NCBI GenBank assembly: GCA_965224705.1
Contig: OZ245056.1
Span: 480,001 to 544,000, forward strand
Length of the DNA stretch: 64,000 nt
Direction of reading: 5' to 3'
Source of the DNA: Spirochaetaceae bacterium
Lineage (GTDB): Bacteria > Spirochaetota > Spirochaetia > DSM-2461
Below, piece after piece: positions 48,351-58,171 of the stretch (the stretch's first letter is position 1; each line of letters starts with the position of its first letter). The notes under the pieces are model-generated. The model ran no database searches, was not told the origin of the DNA, and saw nothing but the letters and a program-made list of their open reading frames with translations. The position numbers were made by a program, and so were the translations under genes.

Positions 48351-51113
48351 ATGAAACACTGTCCAACCATAGTCATCATTGCATTGACGGCCCTGCTGAC
48401 CATCTCCTGCACAAGCACTTCAAATGACAGTGCGGCTCAGGCGGATCCCCTGCCAAACATGAACGGCAAGGAAACGTCTTTTGTCAAGGCCATGGGCTTC
48501 TACATGTCCCCAATGGAACACAGCGCTAATATCTGGCCGATGGCATACAGCCCCGATGGAACACAACTGGCCAGCGGCAGTTCCGATGGACTGCTGCGCG
48601 TGTGGTCCGCCCGGTTCGGCCAGCAGGAAATGCAGTTTCAGGGCCATGAAGGCCGGGTTATGGGCCTGGGCTGGAGTCCGGATGGAACCCGGATAGCCTC
48701 CAGCGGTGAGGATGGGCTTGTTATTATATGGCATCTGCAATCGCAGACAAAACTCAAGGAACTTAAGGGCCATAAAGACTGGGCCGCGTCCGCAGCCTGG
48801 AGTCCCGACGCGGCAAAAATCGCCAGCGGGGGCAGGGATGGAAGCGTCCGAATATGGAACGCCGAATCCGGTCAACTGCTTCACACACTTAAGGGCCATG
48901 ACGAATATGTGTGGCCCGTCGCCTGGAACCCCGAGAGCACAGTTCTGGCCAGCGGCGGTAACGATGGTGCCATAAAAATATGGAACGCCGAAACCGGGAG
49001 TCTGGAACGGACACTGGTCCACAAAGCCGCTGCCTGGGTGAACAGCCTGGCCTGGAGTCCCGACGGCAACAGTCTGGCCAGCGGCGGGGACGACAACAAT
49101 GCTGTAATCTGGAACCCGGAAACAGGGGAGAAACGGCAAACTTTGAGCGGCCATAACAAATATGTCCAGTCTGTAGCATACAGCCCCGACGGCAATAGAT
49201 TAGCCACCGGCAGTGCCGATGGCACCCTGCGTATATGGGATGCCGATACCGGCGCAAAGATCCGGGAAATGCAGGCCTCCTCCGATTGGATAAATGCCGT
49301 GGACTGGAAGCCCAGCGGCAGGCAGCTGGCCAGCGCGGGAAAGGACGATGCCATCCATATCTGGGACACCGTCACCGGCAGGCTTGTCAACACCGGAGAA
49401 TACCAGCTTCCCGACGGCACCACGCTGCGTTCGGGCCGTTTTGCGAAAGATCTGAAAGAGACCCCCTACGCCCAGCTCTGGGACATCTATGTCAAACAGG
49501 ACATCCTGCTTGTACCCGAAGGATTTATTGGAGCCGAGGCCGCACTGCTGGCCGCCGGAGACGGCTGGCCCGATGCTCTGAACACCCAGGTACAGGACTA
49601 CTTTGCCCAATGGCTCAAACTGGCCGATCAGACCATGCCCGGCATAGTGCCCCAGCCCGCACTTCCGGAACCCATACTGCTTACCCAGGAGGAATGGGAA
49701 ATCAACAGCGAATTTGAGGACCGTGTCAATGAGGCACAAAGTGCCCGGCAGGCCGAAGTGGACCGTATTCAGGAACAGTACAGACAGGATGTGGAGGCAC
49801 GTAACGCCCAGGTACTGGCACTGCAGCAATTGCAGGGGCGGCGCAGAGCAGTGCTGCCGCAGATGCGGGCGGCCTACATACAAACAGTCATGGATGAATT
49901 TTTAACCCAGGCCACTGCCGCGGACGCCAAGCTGGATCAGACCAGCAATGAACTCTTTATTACCATGCAGGCCCCCGGCAATACCGTACAGGCATTGGGT
50001 ACCTATGTCCTGCAGGGAGCCAGTGCCGCTCTGCGCAAACAGGCCCTTAGCAACCCCTCCAGTCTGGCCGTGGAGATTGAACCCTTTGCCAGAGAAGATG
50101 GAAACTACGGTCTGGACAGTGCCAGTCTTCACTACGAAGGCCAGGAGTACGCCATGACGCTCACCGCTGAGAGTGTCCAAAACTCCGGTTCCCGCACAAT
50201 CACCATAGGTGCCGACGACAGCATAGCCGATTTGGCCCAGACCGCCCTGCAGGATGCCGTTCTGGTGGACCGCAATGCGATGGGCAGTATAACCTACAAG
50301 GACGGCACACAGGCATTCATCGATTTTGATGATGATCTGGGAAGCATAATCCGTCAGATTGCCAAGGTTCCCCAGGACAACAGCAAATGGGCCCTGGTAA
50401 TCGGCGCCGAAACATACAGGAATACCGACAACATCCTCTACGCCCGCCGCAGTGCGGAAGTATTTGCCCAGGCCATACAGGCCTCCCAGGGCATACCCAA
50501 GGGCCATGTCTACACAATCTACGACGAAGAAGCCACCAGCGGGAACCTGAAAACCCAAATACAGACCCTTCTTGAAAAAGGCATAAGCCAGGGTGATACC
50601 GTCTATTTTTACTACAACGGACACGGCATTCCCGCTGCCAATCAGGGCAATGCCCCCTACCTGCTGCCCACCGATATGAGCCCCGATTTTGTAACCAATG
50701 AACCATTCTTCCAGATGCAGAACATCCTGGAACAGTTCCAGAACTCCAAAGCAGGTAAGGTACTGGTCTTTATGGATAGCTGCTTCACCGGCAAGGTGGA
50801 CGGGCTCTCCGTGTTCAAAAATGTCGCCGCCGCCAGCCTGGCACCCCGCAAGGTAAACCTGTCCGAACAGGGCAAGGTGGCCGTAATAGCCGCCGGTACC
50901 AACACCCAGTATTCCAACGCCTACAGCGAAAAGGGCCACCGTCTGTTCACCTATTACCTTGTCCGTGCCATAGCCTCGCCCGATGCGCCCATACGCAGTA
51001 CCAACCAGCTGCACATCGCCGTAAAAAAGGAAGTCAGTGCCGTTTCCCGCCTTATGGGGCCCCTGAAGTATCAGGACCCAACCATACAGGGCAATGGGGA
51101 CTTAAGCCTGTAA
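48351..51113 (+). CDS. Lipoprotein with WD40 propeller and C-terminal caspase-like (peptidase C14) domain
   Basis: Lipobox LTISC; seven GH...WSPDG..LASG..D..IW repeats; YYNGHG and MDSCF catalytic dyad. Confidence 0.88.
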   Translation: MKHCPTIVIIALTALLTISCTSTSNDSAAQADPLPNMNGKETSFVKAMGFYMSPMEHSANIWPMAYSPDGTQLASGSSDGLLRVWSARFGQQEMQFQGHEGRVMGLGWSPDGTRIASSGEDGLVIIWHLQSQTKLKELKGHKDWAASAAWSPDAAKIASGGRDGSVRIWNAESGQLLHTLKGHDEYVWPVAWNPESTVLASGGNDGAIKIWNAETGSLERTLVHKAAAWVNSLAWSPDGNSLASGGDDNNAVIWNPETGEKRQTLSGHNKYVQSVAYSPDGNRLATGSADGTLRIWDADTGAKIREMQASSDWINAVDWKPSGRQLASAGKDDAIHIWDTVTGRLVNTGEYQLPDGTTLRSGRFAKDLKETPYAQLWDIYVKQDILLVPEGFIGAEAALLAAGDGWPDALNTQVQDYFAQWLKLADQTMPGIVPQPALPEPILLTQEEWEINSEFEDRVNEAQSARQAEVDRIQEQYRQDVEARNAQVLALQQLQGRRRAVLPQMRAAYIQTVMDEFLTQATAADAKLDQTSNELFITMQAPGNTVQALGTYVLQGASAALRKQALSNPSSLAVEIEPFAREDGNYGLDSASLHYEGQEYAMTLTAESVQNSGSRTITIGADDSIADLAQTALQDAVLVDRNAMGSITYKDGTQAFIDFDDDLGSIIRQIAKVPQDNSKWALVIGAETYRNTDNILYARRSAEVFAQAIQASQGIPKGHVYTIYDEEATSGNLKTQIQTLLEKGISQGDTVYFYYNGHGIPAANQGNAPYLLPTDMSPDFVTNEPFFQMQNILEQFQNSKAGKVLVFMDSCFTGKVDGLSVFKNVAAASLAPRKVNLSEQGKVAVIAAGTNTQYSNAYSEKGHRLFTYYLVRAIASPDAPIRSTNQLHIAVKKEVSAVSRLMGPLKYQDPTIQGNGDLSL

Positions 51114-51667
51114 GGGGAATATAACCCCTATTTCTCACCAACATAAAACTGCATAAAAAATCCTGAAAAATTTCTGTTCTCTCCGCTAATATATCAAACA
51201 AAAAGTCTCCAGTTAACTGATCCTTGTTATTTTCGTGTTATTTTCGTGTTATTTCCGTCCAATTTAAGTCGATTTCTTCTGGTTTTCTTCCGTTTTTTCA
51301 ACCCTCGGGGTACAACTTTCCCAGAGAATCCAGATGAGAACTCTCAACTATTTTTATTACCCCTCAGATGACCCGGGATATTCGTATCCAGATGTCCCAC
51401 CAGGGAAAACTCTCCGGCAGACTGATCCAGATTCGGCGAACCGTAATCTTTACAGCGGCCGAAACTTTAAGCATCCTTAATCGGATCGTAGAGGACAGGC
51501 TTCGGGTTTCATCACCGCTGACCTGCAGAATTGTTCTTCGAAGATGGACAAAGTGTCCGAAGACGGAACTGTGGGAAGTAATACTGAGTGTCAGAAAGCC
51601 TGTAGATGTCTGTTTGCGCTGTACCTGGGTAAGGTAATATTATACAAATTAAGGAGTTATTTCTGGC

Positions 51668-52729
51668 TTAGTTACCCTTAAGCAGGGCTATTATCTCCTG
51701 GTCACTGTTTTTTATAGCTACCTCTAAAGCAGTTCCAAAGTCAGTTTTATACTGGGTGTCGGCACCGTTGTCAATTAAGAATTCAACCATTTTAGGGTTA
51801 CTTGTATAGACCGCATAATATAGAGCTGATGCTTTCATTTTATCGTCGTCTATTACTATGTAGTTAATATCCGCACCATTATCTAATAAATCTCTTGCAA
51901 AGCTTATATACTCTTCACCCTTAACTACAGAACATGCAACAAGGGGAGGTAGAGGTGTAACCTCTTTATTAAGTTCAGGTGCATATTTAGGATTTACTTC
52001 TGCACCTAACTCTAATAGAAGTTTAGCAGCTTCAAGATTATTAGATATAATTGCAGCGGATATAGGTGTAACTCCATCATTGGGAATATTATTCATATTA
52101 GCACCACTGTCTATTAAGAATTTGGTAGTCTCCAAGTCTTCCAGTGCGTAACGTAAAGAACTACGGCCTTTACCTTCAAGTTCCTTTACATCTCCACCCT
52201 TCTCTACAATTAGAGGAATTAGATCCCACATCTGATTCATGGAAGCAGTTATAACCGGGTACTTCTCCTTGGAAAGATCAACAACATTCCTCTCTTCTAG
52301 CAGGTATTTTACAGCATCACTGTTTTTAGAAGATAGGGCACCAAAAAATACTGAATAGGTTCCAACAGGTCTAAGGCTAGCTCCATTATCAAGTAGAAGA
52401 TTAGAGCACTCTTTCTGGTTATTTAATACTGCGTAGTGAAGCGGGGTTAACTTATTAAGATCAATGCTACTGATGTTATCAGAACCGTAGGATAAGATAA
52501 GATCTATCATCTCTATATTACCCGCTTTAGATGCTATATGGAGTATTGATGAACCATAACTGTCTACACTGTATGGATCAACTCCTTCGTTTAAGTAGTT
52601 TTGTACTGCGAGAGTATCACCAGCCACAACAGCTTTAATTAATGCATCCTCTTTTGATCTTCCTGCTGTTAAACAGCTACTAAGCAACAGTAGGGCTACA
52701 ACCAGGTTTTTTGTTTTCATCAATTTCAT
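51668..52729 (-). CDS. Ankyrin-repeat putative lipoprotein
   Basis: LLSSC lipobox; SILHIAS, TPLHYAV, TPISAAI, GADIN repeats; visibly AT-rich DNA. Confidence 0.85.
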   Translation of the reverse strand: MKLMKTKNLVVALLLLSSCLTAGRSKEDALIKAVVAGDTLAVQNYLNEGVDPYSVDSYGSSILHIASKAGNIEMIDLILSYGSDNISSIDLNKLTPLHYAVLNNQKECSNLLLDNGASLRPVGTYSVFFGALSSKNSDAVKYLLEERNVVDLSKEKYPVITASMNQMWDLIPLIVEKGGDVKELEGKGRSSLRYALEDLETTKFLIDSGANMNNIPNDGVTPISAAIISNNLEAAKLLLELGAEVNPKYAPELNKEVTPLPPLVACSVVKGEEYISFARDLLDNGADINYIVIDDDKMKASALYYAVYTSNPKMVEFLIDNGADTQYKTDFGTALEVAIKNSDQEIIALLKGN

Positions 52730-53064
52730 ATATAATCTCCTTCTATTTAAAAAGTGCCTGAACCCGTATAAAAATAAAGGCTAAATCTTATGATGTCCGT
52801 GAATGTATAAACGCACCCATATTTTTGGGGCGAAATGCCTCGAAAATGCAGAAAAAGCCGGATTCATTCTGGGTTTTTCTTCTCTAAAAAATCCACGGAT
52901 GGATTTTTTAGAGGTACCCATTATATTAAAACCCACTTAATCCAGCAAGTGAGCCTTATGAAAATAGATACTACTACTGAAACCTGAACCCGTACAGGGG
53001 GAATCGCACTGACAGAAAAACATTTAAAGAAATTGGCTTGGATTTCACATCCGACACCATACAA

Positions 53065-53352
53065 GGAGTCTGTCGGATTTTAAGGCTTCGAGGTGATTTT
53101 TGATGATTTTTTCCTGATGCAAGGCGACAAAAACGGAGCGTAGCTGGGCTACGTGAGTATTTTGGCAACGCAGCAGCAGGGTATGCGAGTCTATGGACTC
53201 GCATCCTGAGAAAGTGCCGAGCGATAGCGAGGAAAAGCCGCCACGGATGGCGGCGAAAACGAACGAAGGCGGCTCTCCAGAAGCAAGCAGGAGGCTTGCT
53301 TCTGGAGAGAAGGGCAAAAATCGAGCCGTGAGACGTAAATCCGACAGGCTCC
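53065..53352. mobile_element. MITE family A carrying an about 127-bp multi-hairpin insert
   Basis: Family A TIRs and core; extra segment 53182-53308. Confidence 0.85.
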
Positions 53353-53867
53353 AAGCATAAAGGTACCCGAAAGCGACCTAAGGAAAGTGATAGATGATCT
53401 CATTTGCATTCCGGGTAAATTTGTCTGCCATGCAAACCAATGGATTCTTCGCTTATGAGAACATGATCCCTGGTATCCGATATTCAAGGAAATCTTTCAG
53501 TCGTCGTAGAGCACAACTAAAACAACAGCTCTCAATCTATTTCAGGGAAGAGTTCTGTCCGGGGAATCTCGCAAACCCACAAATAGGAGGTAAATCTCCA
53601 GCGATTTTGCCCGCATTCGTCATGTTTTGATGTCTTCATGACAATGTTGGGGCTATACCCACGAAATTTTTGAATAGAAATCAGGTGGCTTGACTTTTTA
53701 GGGAGTAAAGATCAAGCCAGAAACGGGATGGGTGTTTTTTAGAGGTGCCCTCTGCATTTCAAAAAAAGCTCACTCTCATTAAGCTGCATAGCAAGGGCCT
53801 TCTCATACACCGACTCAAGTACCCCCTACTCCGTGCTTTCCGTGAGAAATTCCCCCAAAAAAACTCA

Positions 53868-53896
53868 TTGACAACACTCCCTGCCACTGATATACT
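53868..53896 (+). promoter_or_regulatory. Near-consensus sigma70 promoter of rpn gene
   Basis: TTGACA-17-TATACT with extended TG, 10 nt before the ATG. Confidence 0.8.
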
Positions 53897-53906
53897 TACT
53901 CTGGTC

Positions 53907-54794
53907 ATGAGCAAGTATATCAATCCAATGAACGACTTTTTCATGCGCTATCTGCTGGGAAGCAAGGGCAGCGAAAACAATTGCCGCGGCTTCGTCAACG
54001 CCGTTCTTAAGGACATTGATTTCCCGGCGGTGAGCAGCCTGGTCATTCTCAATCCTTTCAACCTGAAGGATTATCACGGATACAAGGAAAGTGTTATAGA
54101 CTGCCGGGCGCAATCCGACGACGGCAGGGTGTTCAACATAGAGATTCAGACGAGCCAGTTAAGAGATTTCGATAAAAAAACACTGTTTTACTGGGCCAAG
54201 GCCTACACCTCCCCTCTGGAGGAGGGCCATGGATACGGTGAACTTTCGCCGGTGATTAGTATTAACCTGTTGGACTTTGTTTTGTGGCCAGAGTTGGAGC
54301 AGGTGCACAGTTGTTTCATGCTCAAGGATCTGAGAAACCCGGACTGTGTTTTTTCAAATGACATCATTGTTCATTGTCTGGAAGCTCCCAAGTTGGAAGG
54401 CCACCTGCAGGGTTTAGGCGCGAGTCTGCGTGGATGGCTGGCCTACTTGAAATCGGAAGGCAAAGTGCCGGAGACGGAACTGTGGGAAATAATAAAGGAG
54501 GATCCCGTGTTACAGGAAGCCCATAAAAAATACAATAAATTCTTAAGCGATCCTGAATTGATGGAGGCCTACGAGGGCAGGCAGAAATGGCTGCATGATC
54601 AGGCGACAATCAGGGACGAAGGCTTTGAAGACGGCAGAGAAGAAGGCAAAAAAGAAGGCAAAAAAGAAGGCAAAAAAGAAGGCAAAAAAGAAGGCATAGC
54701 ACAAACAGTCAAAGGCTTCAAGGCCGCCGGAGTCGGCATAGAACTCATCATCAAGGCCACAGGACTGAGCGAAGAAGAGATCCGGAAGCTCTAA
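53907..54794 (+). CDS. Rpn/PDDEXK_2 family nuclease
   Basis: INPMNDFF..LLG, ID..A......NIEIQ, YWAKAY, VISINLLDF, EGKK repeats, ATGLSEEEI. Confidence 0.9.
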   Translation: MSKYINPMNDFFMRYLLGSKGSENNCRGFVNAVLKDIDFPAVSSLVILNPFNLKDYHGYKESVIDCRAQSDDGRVFNIEIQTSQLRDFDKKTLFYWAKAYTSPLEEGHGYGELSPVISINLLDFVLWPELEQVHSCFMLKDLRNPDCVFSNDIIVHCLEAPKLEGHLQGLGASLRGWLAYLKSEGKVPETELWEIIKEDPVLQEAHKKYNKFLSDPELMEAYEGRQKWLHDQATIRDEGFEDGREEGKKEGKKEGKKEGKKEGIAQTVKGFKAAGVGIELIIKATGLSEEEIRKL

Positions 54795-54969
54795 CAGAAG
54801 CAAGCATCCCTTAAACCCCCTGTGCGAAAGCTCTCCTGTATTTGAGTTCCCCCCTCAGCCCCCATACGAAGGGTAGTTCAACTGGATTCTATTTTAAGGA
54901 AACCACCATGGTTCAAGTCGATTGATTATGAGGCAACTCGTATTGATACTTCAAACAAAGCTGGTATAA

Positions 54970-55113
54970 TTGGGTATGGATTGGTACATGAATCTCCCTC
55001 AGGAGGAAGGCTACGGCTACGGCAGCGGTCAGAGCCAGAAAGAAGCTGCCACCCGTGCACTGAAAGACATGGCTATCCAGAACAGCATAAAATCCCGCTT
55101 GCCCCTGTCGGTC
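54970..55113 (+). pseudogene. Triple-deleted remnant of the LPP20 lipoprotein gene
   Basis: Stitched pieces of 58172-58711. Confidence 0.85.
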
Positions 55114-55291
55114 TTGCGATGCCCTACGGAAAAGAGTAATTTCCCCACCGTGCGAACCTAAGAATATGTTTTCACATCGTTGTTTTTGATTGACCTTTTT
55201 TCTCGCGGCCGGGAAATTAAAATTCTCGCTACCCGAATGAATCGTTACAGAGCCAAATCTTTCTCGGCCAGGCCCTCTATGAGATAAGCTC

Positions 55292-56383
55292 TCAATCGCC
55301 CCCGAATTCATCTATCATCGCCCCTCCCAGGCACAGTTCGTCATCGTAAAAAACGGCAAACTGTCCCGGCGCGATTCCCCGGTCGCTTTCATCCATCTGA
55401 ACGCGAAGCCGCGTCTTGCCGTCCGCCGCCGGAGAGAGGGGAGCGATGCGTCCGCTAATGAGCCTGGGGCCGTGACGAAGCTTCATTGTCACCTCAGCGG
55501 GAAGATCCGGCTCACCGGAAATCCAGTTTGGGTTAACCACGATGAACTGATTAACCGCCGCTTCAATCGCGCCCAGAGTATGAGCAACGGTCACAACGTT
55601 ATCCTCCCTGTTTCGACTGACCACGTACCAGGGCCCCCCGGAGAGGCCCAGGCCGGTTCGCTGACCCGTGGTGTAAAACCAGGTGCCCCGATGGGAGCCA
55701 AGAACACGACCCGTCCGGGCCTCGACGATGGGTCCTTTTTTTTCGCCGAGATAGTGCCTGATAAATTCCGTGTACTTGATTTTTCCCAGAAAACAGATGC
55801 CTTGACTGTCTTTTCGGGACTTGTTGGGCAAGTTCCATTCCTCGGCAAGCGCCCGAACCTCCACCTTGGTCATTTGGCCAATGGGAAAAAGGGCGATAGC
55901 GGCCTGGGCCTGGGTGAGGTGAGAGAGGAAATAGGTTTGATCTTTGACCGGGTCGGGTGAGCGCCTAATCCAATACAGACCGCCGGGATCCTGACCACCG
56001 AGGGCATAGTGTCCGGAGGCCACCTTGTCCAGCGAATCCCCTACCCTGTAGAGAAAGGCCCCGAACTTGATCCGCCGGTTACAGTATATATCAGGACTGG
56101 GGGTTCGTCCGGCTTTCAGCTCCGACACGGTCAGGGCCGCCACCTGGTCCCAGTACTCCCGCTGAAGGCTGATGATTTTCAGTGGAACCTGGGCGAGCGC
56201 GCACACCTTTTCGGCATACCGCAAATCCTCGTCCCAGGGGCAGGAACTCAAGGCCGCCAATTCATCTTCCAACCAGATTTTCAGATAGTACGCGGTAATG
56301 TCCGCATCCGGATGCTCGGTTTTCAGCGACACGAGAGCCGCCGAACTATCAACTCCCCCAGACAAAAGAACCCCAATTTTCAC
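55292..56383 (-). CDS. mnmA: tRNA 2-thiouridylase
   Basis: SGGVDS, TPSPDIYCN, SGHY, KDQTYFL, DSQGICF, APGQ. Confidence 0.95.
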   Translation of the reverse strand: MKIGVLLSGGVDSSAALVSLKTEHPDADITAYYLKIWLEDELAALSSCPWDEDLRYAEKVCALAQVPLKIISLQREYWDQVAALTVSELKAGRTPSPDIYCNRRIKFGAFLYRVGDSLDKVASGHYALGGQDPGGLYWIRRSPDPVKDQTYFLSHLTQAQAAIALFPIGQMTKVEVRALAEEWNLPNKSRKDSQGICFLGKIKYTEFIRHYLGEKKGPIVEARTGRVLGSHRGTWFYTTGQRTGLGLSGGPWYVVSRNREDNVVTVAHTLGAIEAAVNQFIVVNPNWISGEPDLPAEVTMKLRHGPRLISGRIAPLSPAADGKTRLRVQMDESDRGIAPGQFAVFYDDELCLGGAMIDEFGGD

Positions 56384-56449
56384 AAAGACATCATCACGCC
56401 GGAAAAAAAGATTTGCAAGCCCCGGTCAATTGTGTGATGATGCAAAAAC

Positions 56450-56827
56450 ATGGCTGGAGCAAGTGAACGAATTGACCGCTTTTCCACCGCCGCCGAAAGC
56501 TGGCGCATTATTGCCGGAGATCCCGACCCTCGGGTGAGTGCCAGAGAGCTATGCCGCTTGTTCGCCAGGGTTCTTGACGACCCAAAAGAAAGCGGAACCC
56601 AGGTAGCGGAAGAATCTTTCGCAAAACGTTTGATTATGCTGGAGGAAGAACTCCGGCGGCAAAACGGCAATATCACGCACGGCCCGGGCCATGGGTCTTA
56701 CACCCCGGCAGGTATCATGGCGTCTGAAGAAATACGGTATCAACTCACGGGAGTTCAAGCCCAGGAAACCGGCAGGGTGTTCATTGAAGAGAATTACCCC
56801 TATCGATACCCCTTAGGATATCCGTAG
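56450..56827 (+). CDS. Hypothetical protein
   Basis: 125-aa ORF divergent from mnmA; no motif recognised. Confidence 0.4.
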   Translation: MAGASERIDRFSTAAESWRIIAGDPDPRVSARELCRLFARVLDDPKESGTQVAEESFAKRLIMLEEELRRQNGNITHGPGHGSYTPAGIMASEEIRYQLTGVQAQETGRVFIEENYPYRYPLGYP

Positions 56828-57285
56828 AAGTCCAGCTTACCTGTACCCTGACCGCTCAATTCCCCCTCAAGGAGTATGGAAATAACCGCCATGGTGGGGA
56901 CATCATGCGTTAATTCCAGGCAAAGCCAGGAAGCCAGTTTTCCGATTCCTGGCTGATGGGCGCAAATCATTATATGCGTTTCCCCCTCTCCATGATCCTG
57001 GACACATTGGCACAATTCGTCCCGCCCCGCGAGATAGAGTCCTTCGTCGTGAATGATGGAAGGTTTCGCCGATGGCCAATGATTCAAGAAGATATCCACC
57101 GTTTGCAAAGCTCTATCAGCCATCGAAACGAGCAGAATTTCCGGCGGCGGGATATTCTCGGAACACACCGTTCCCATGAGGGCCGCATCCTGCCGTCCTT
57201 GATCGTTTAACGGGCGCTGCATGTCCAAACCTGAATCACTAACTGGTGAGCTTTTAGCGTGTCTAAGAAGTGTGAGACGAAGCAT
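56800..57285 (-). CDS. sixA: SixA-like histidine phosphatase
   Basis: LLRHAKS, RPLN..G, HQP motifs. Confidence 0.8.
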   Translation of the reverse strand: MLRLTLLRHAKSSPVSDSGLDMQRPLNDQGRQDAALMGTVCSENIPPPEILLVSMADRALQTVDIFLNHWPSAKPSIIHDEGLYLAGRDELCQCVQDHGEGETHIMICAHQPGIGKLASWLCLELTHDVPTMAVISILLEGELSGQGTGKLDFYGYPKGYR

Positions 57286-57717
57286 AATAGATTGTAAGGT
57301 TTGCTTAAAAGACTTTCAAGCCGCCGGCTAGCCCTCCAGGTTGCCTTTTGGGTGGTTTCGCAGGTACTGTGCCCTGCTGTTCGACCGGAGCTGTGCCTTC
57401 ATCCATATTCAGAATTTTCGTGCTGATCAAAATCTTTGTGACCGCAGGGATCACCCGGTAACCTTCTGGCGAATGGATGAACCACTTGTTCACGGTGCAG
57501 ATCGGATGGCCGGTGGCTTCTGAAACCACGCAAAGAGCGTCTTGCTTATACATGACCCCTGGAGCCTGCAATACCTCCACAGGTTACCATACCAGGCTAA
57601 AAACCTATGTCTTGACCCTTCCTCTCTCATATACCGACTCACCCCCCCCCCACTCCTTGCCTCCGTGAGAGACACTCATTGACAACACTCCCCGTCAATG
57701 ATATCCTTACTCTGGTC

Positions 57718-57960
57718 ATGAGCAAGTATATCAATCCAATGAAAGACTTTAAATTCTTAAGCGATCCTGAATTGATGGAGGCCTACGAGGGCAGGCAGAA
57801 GTGGCTCCATGATCAGGCGACAATCAGGGACGAAGGCTTTGAAGAAGGCAAAAAAGAAGGCATAACGCAAACAGTCAAAGACTTCAAGGCCGCCGGAGCC
57901 GACATGGAACTCATCATCAAGGCCACCGGCTTGAGCGAAGAAGAAATCCGAAAGCTCTAA
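57718..57960 (+). CDS. Mini-Rpn: N-terminal 11 codons fused in frame to the Rpn C-terminal domain
   Basis: MSKYINPMKDF|KFLSDPELMEAY...GLSEEEIRKL with a duplicated promoter. Confidence 0.65.
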   Translation: MSKYINPMKDFKFLSDPELMEAYEGRQKWLHDQATIRDEGFEEGKKEGITQTVKDFKAAGADMELIIKATGLSEEEIRKL

Positions 57961-58171
57961 CAGAAACAAATCTCCCTTACCCCCCCTGTGCGAAAGTTCC
58001 CTGTATTTGAGTTCTCCCCTCCTGCCGAAGCCTCGGCCTGGTGCCTCCGTGAGGGACATCCCCCCATGCGAAAGGTAGTTCAACTGGATTTTATTCTGAG
58101 GAAACCGCCATGGTTCAAGTCGATTGATTATGAGGCAATTCGTATTGATACTCCAAACAAAGCTGGTATAA

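Noticed and set aside
54641..54696. 12-bp tandem repeat as a phase-variation switch
   Set aside because: In-frame EGKK repeats typical of Rpn C-termini; copy changes keep the frame
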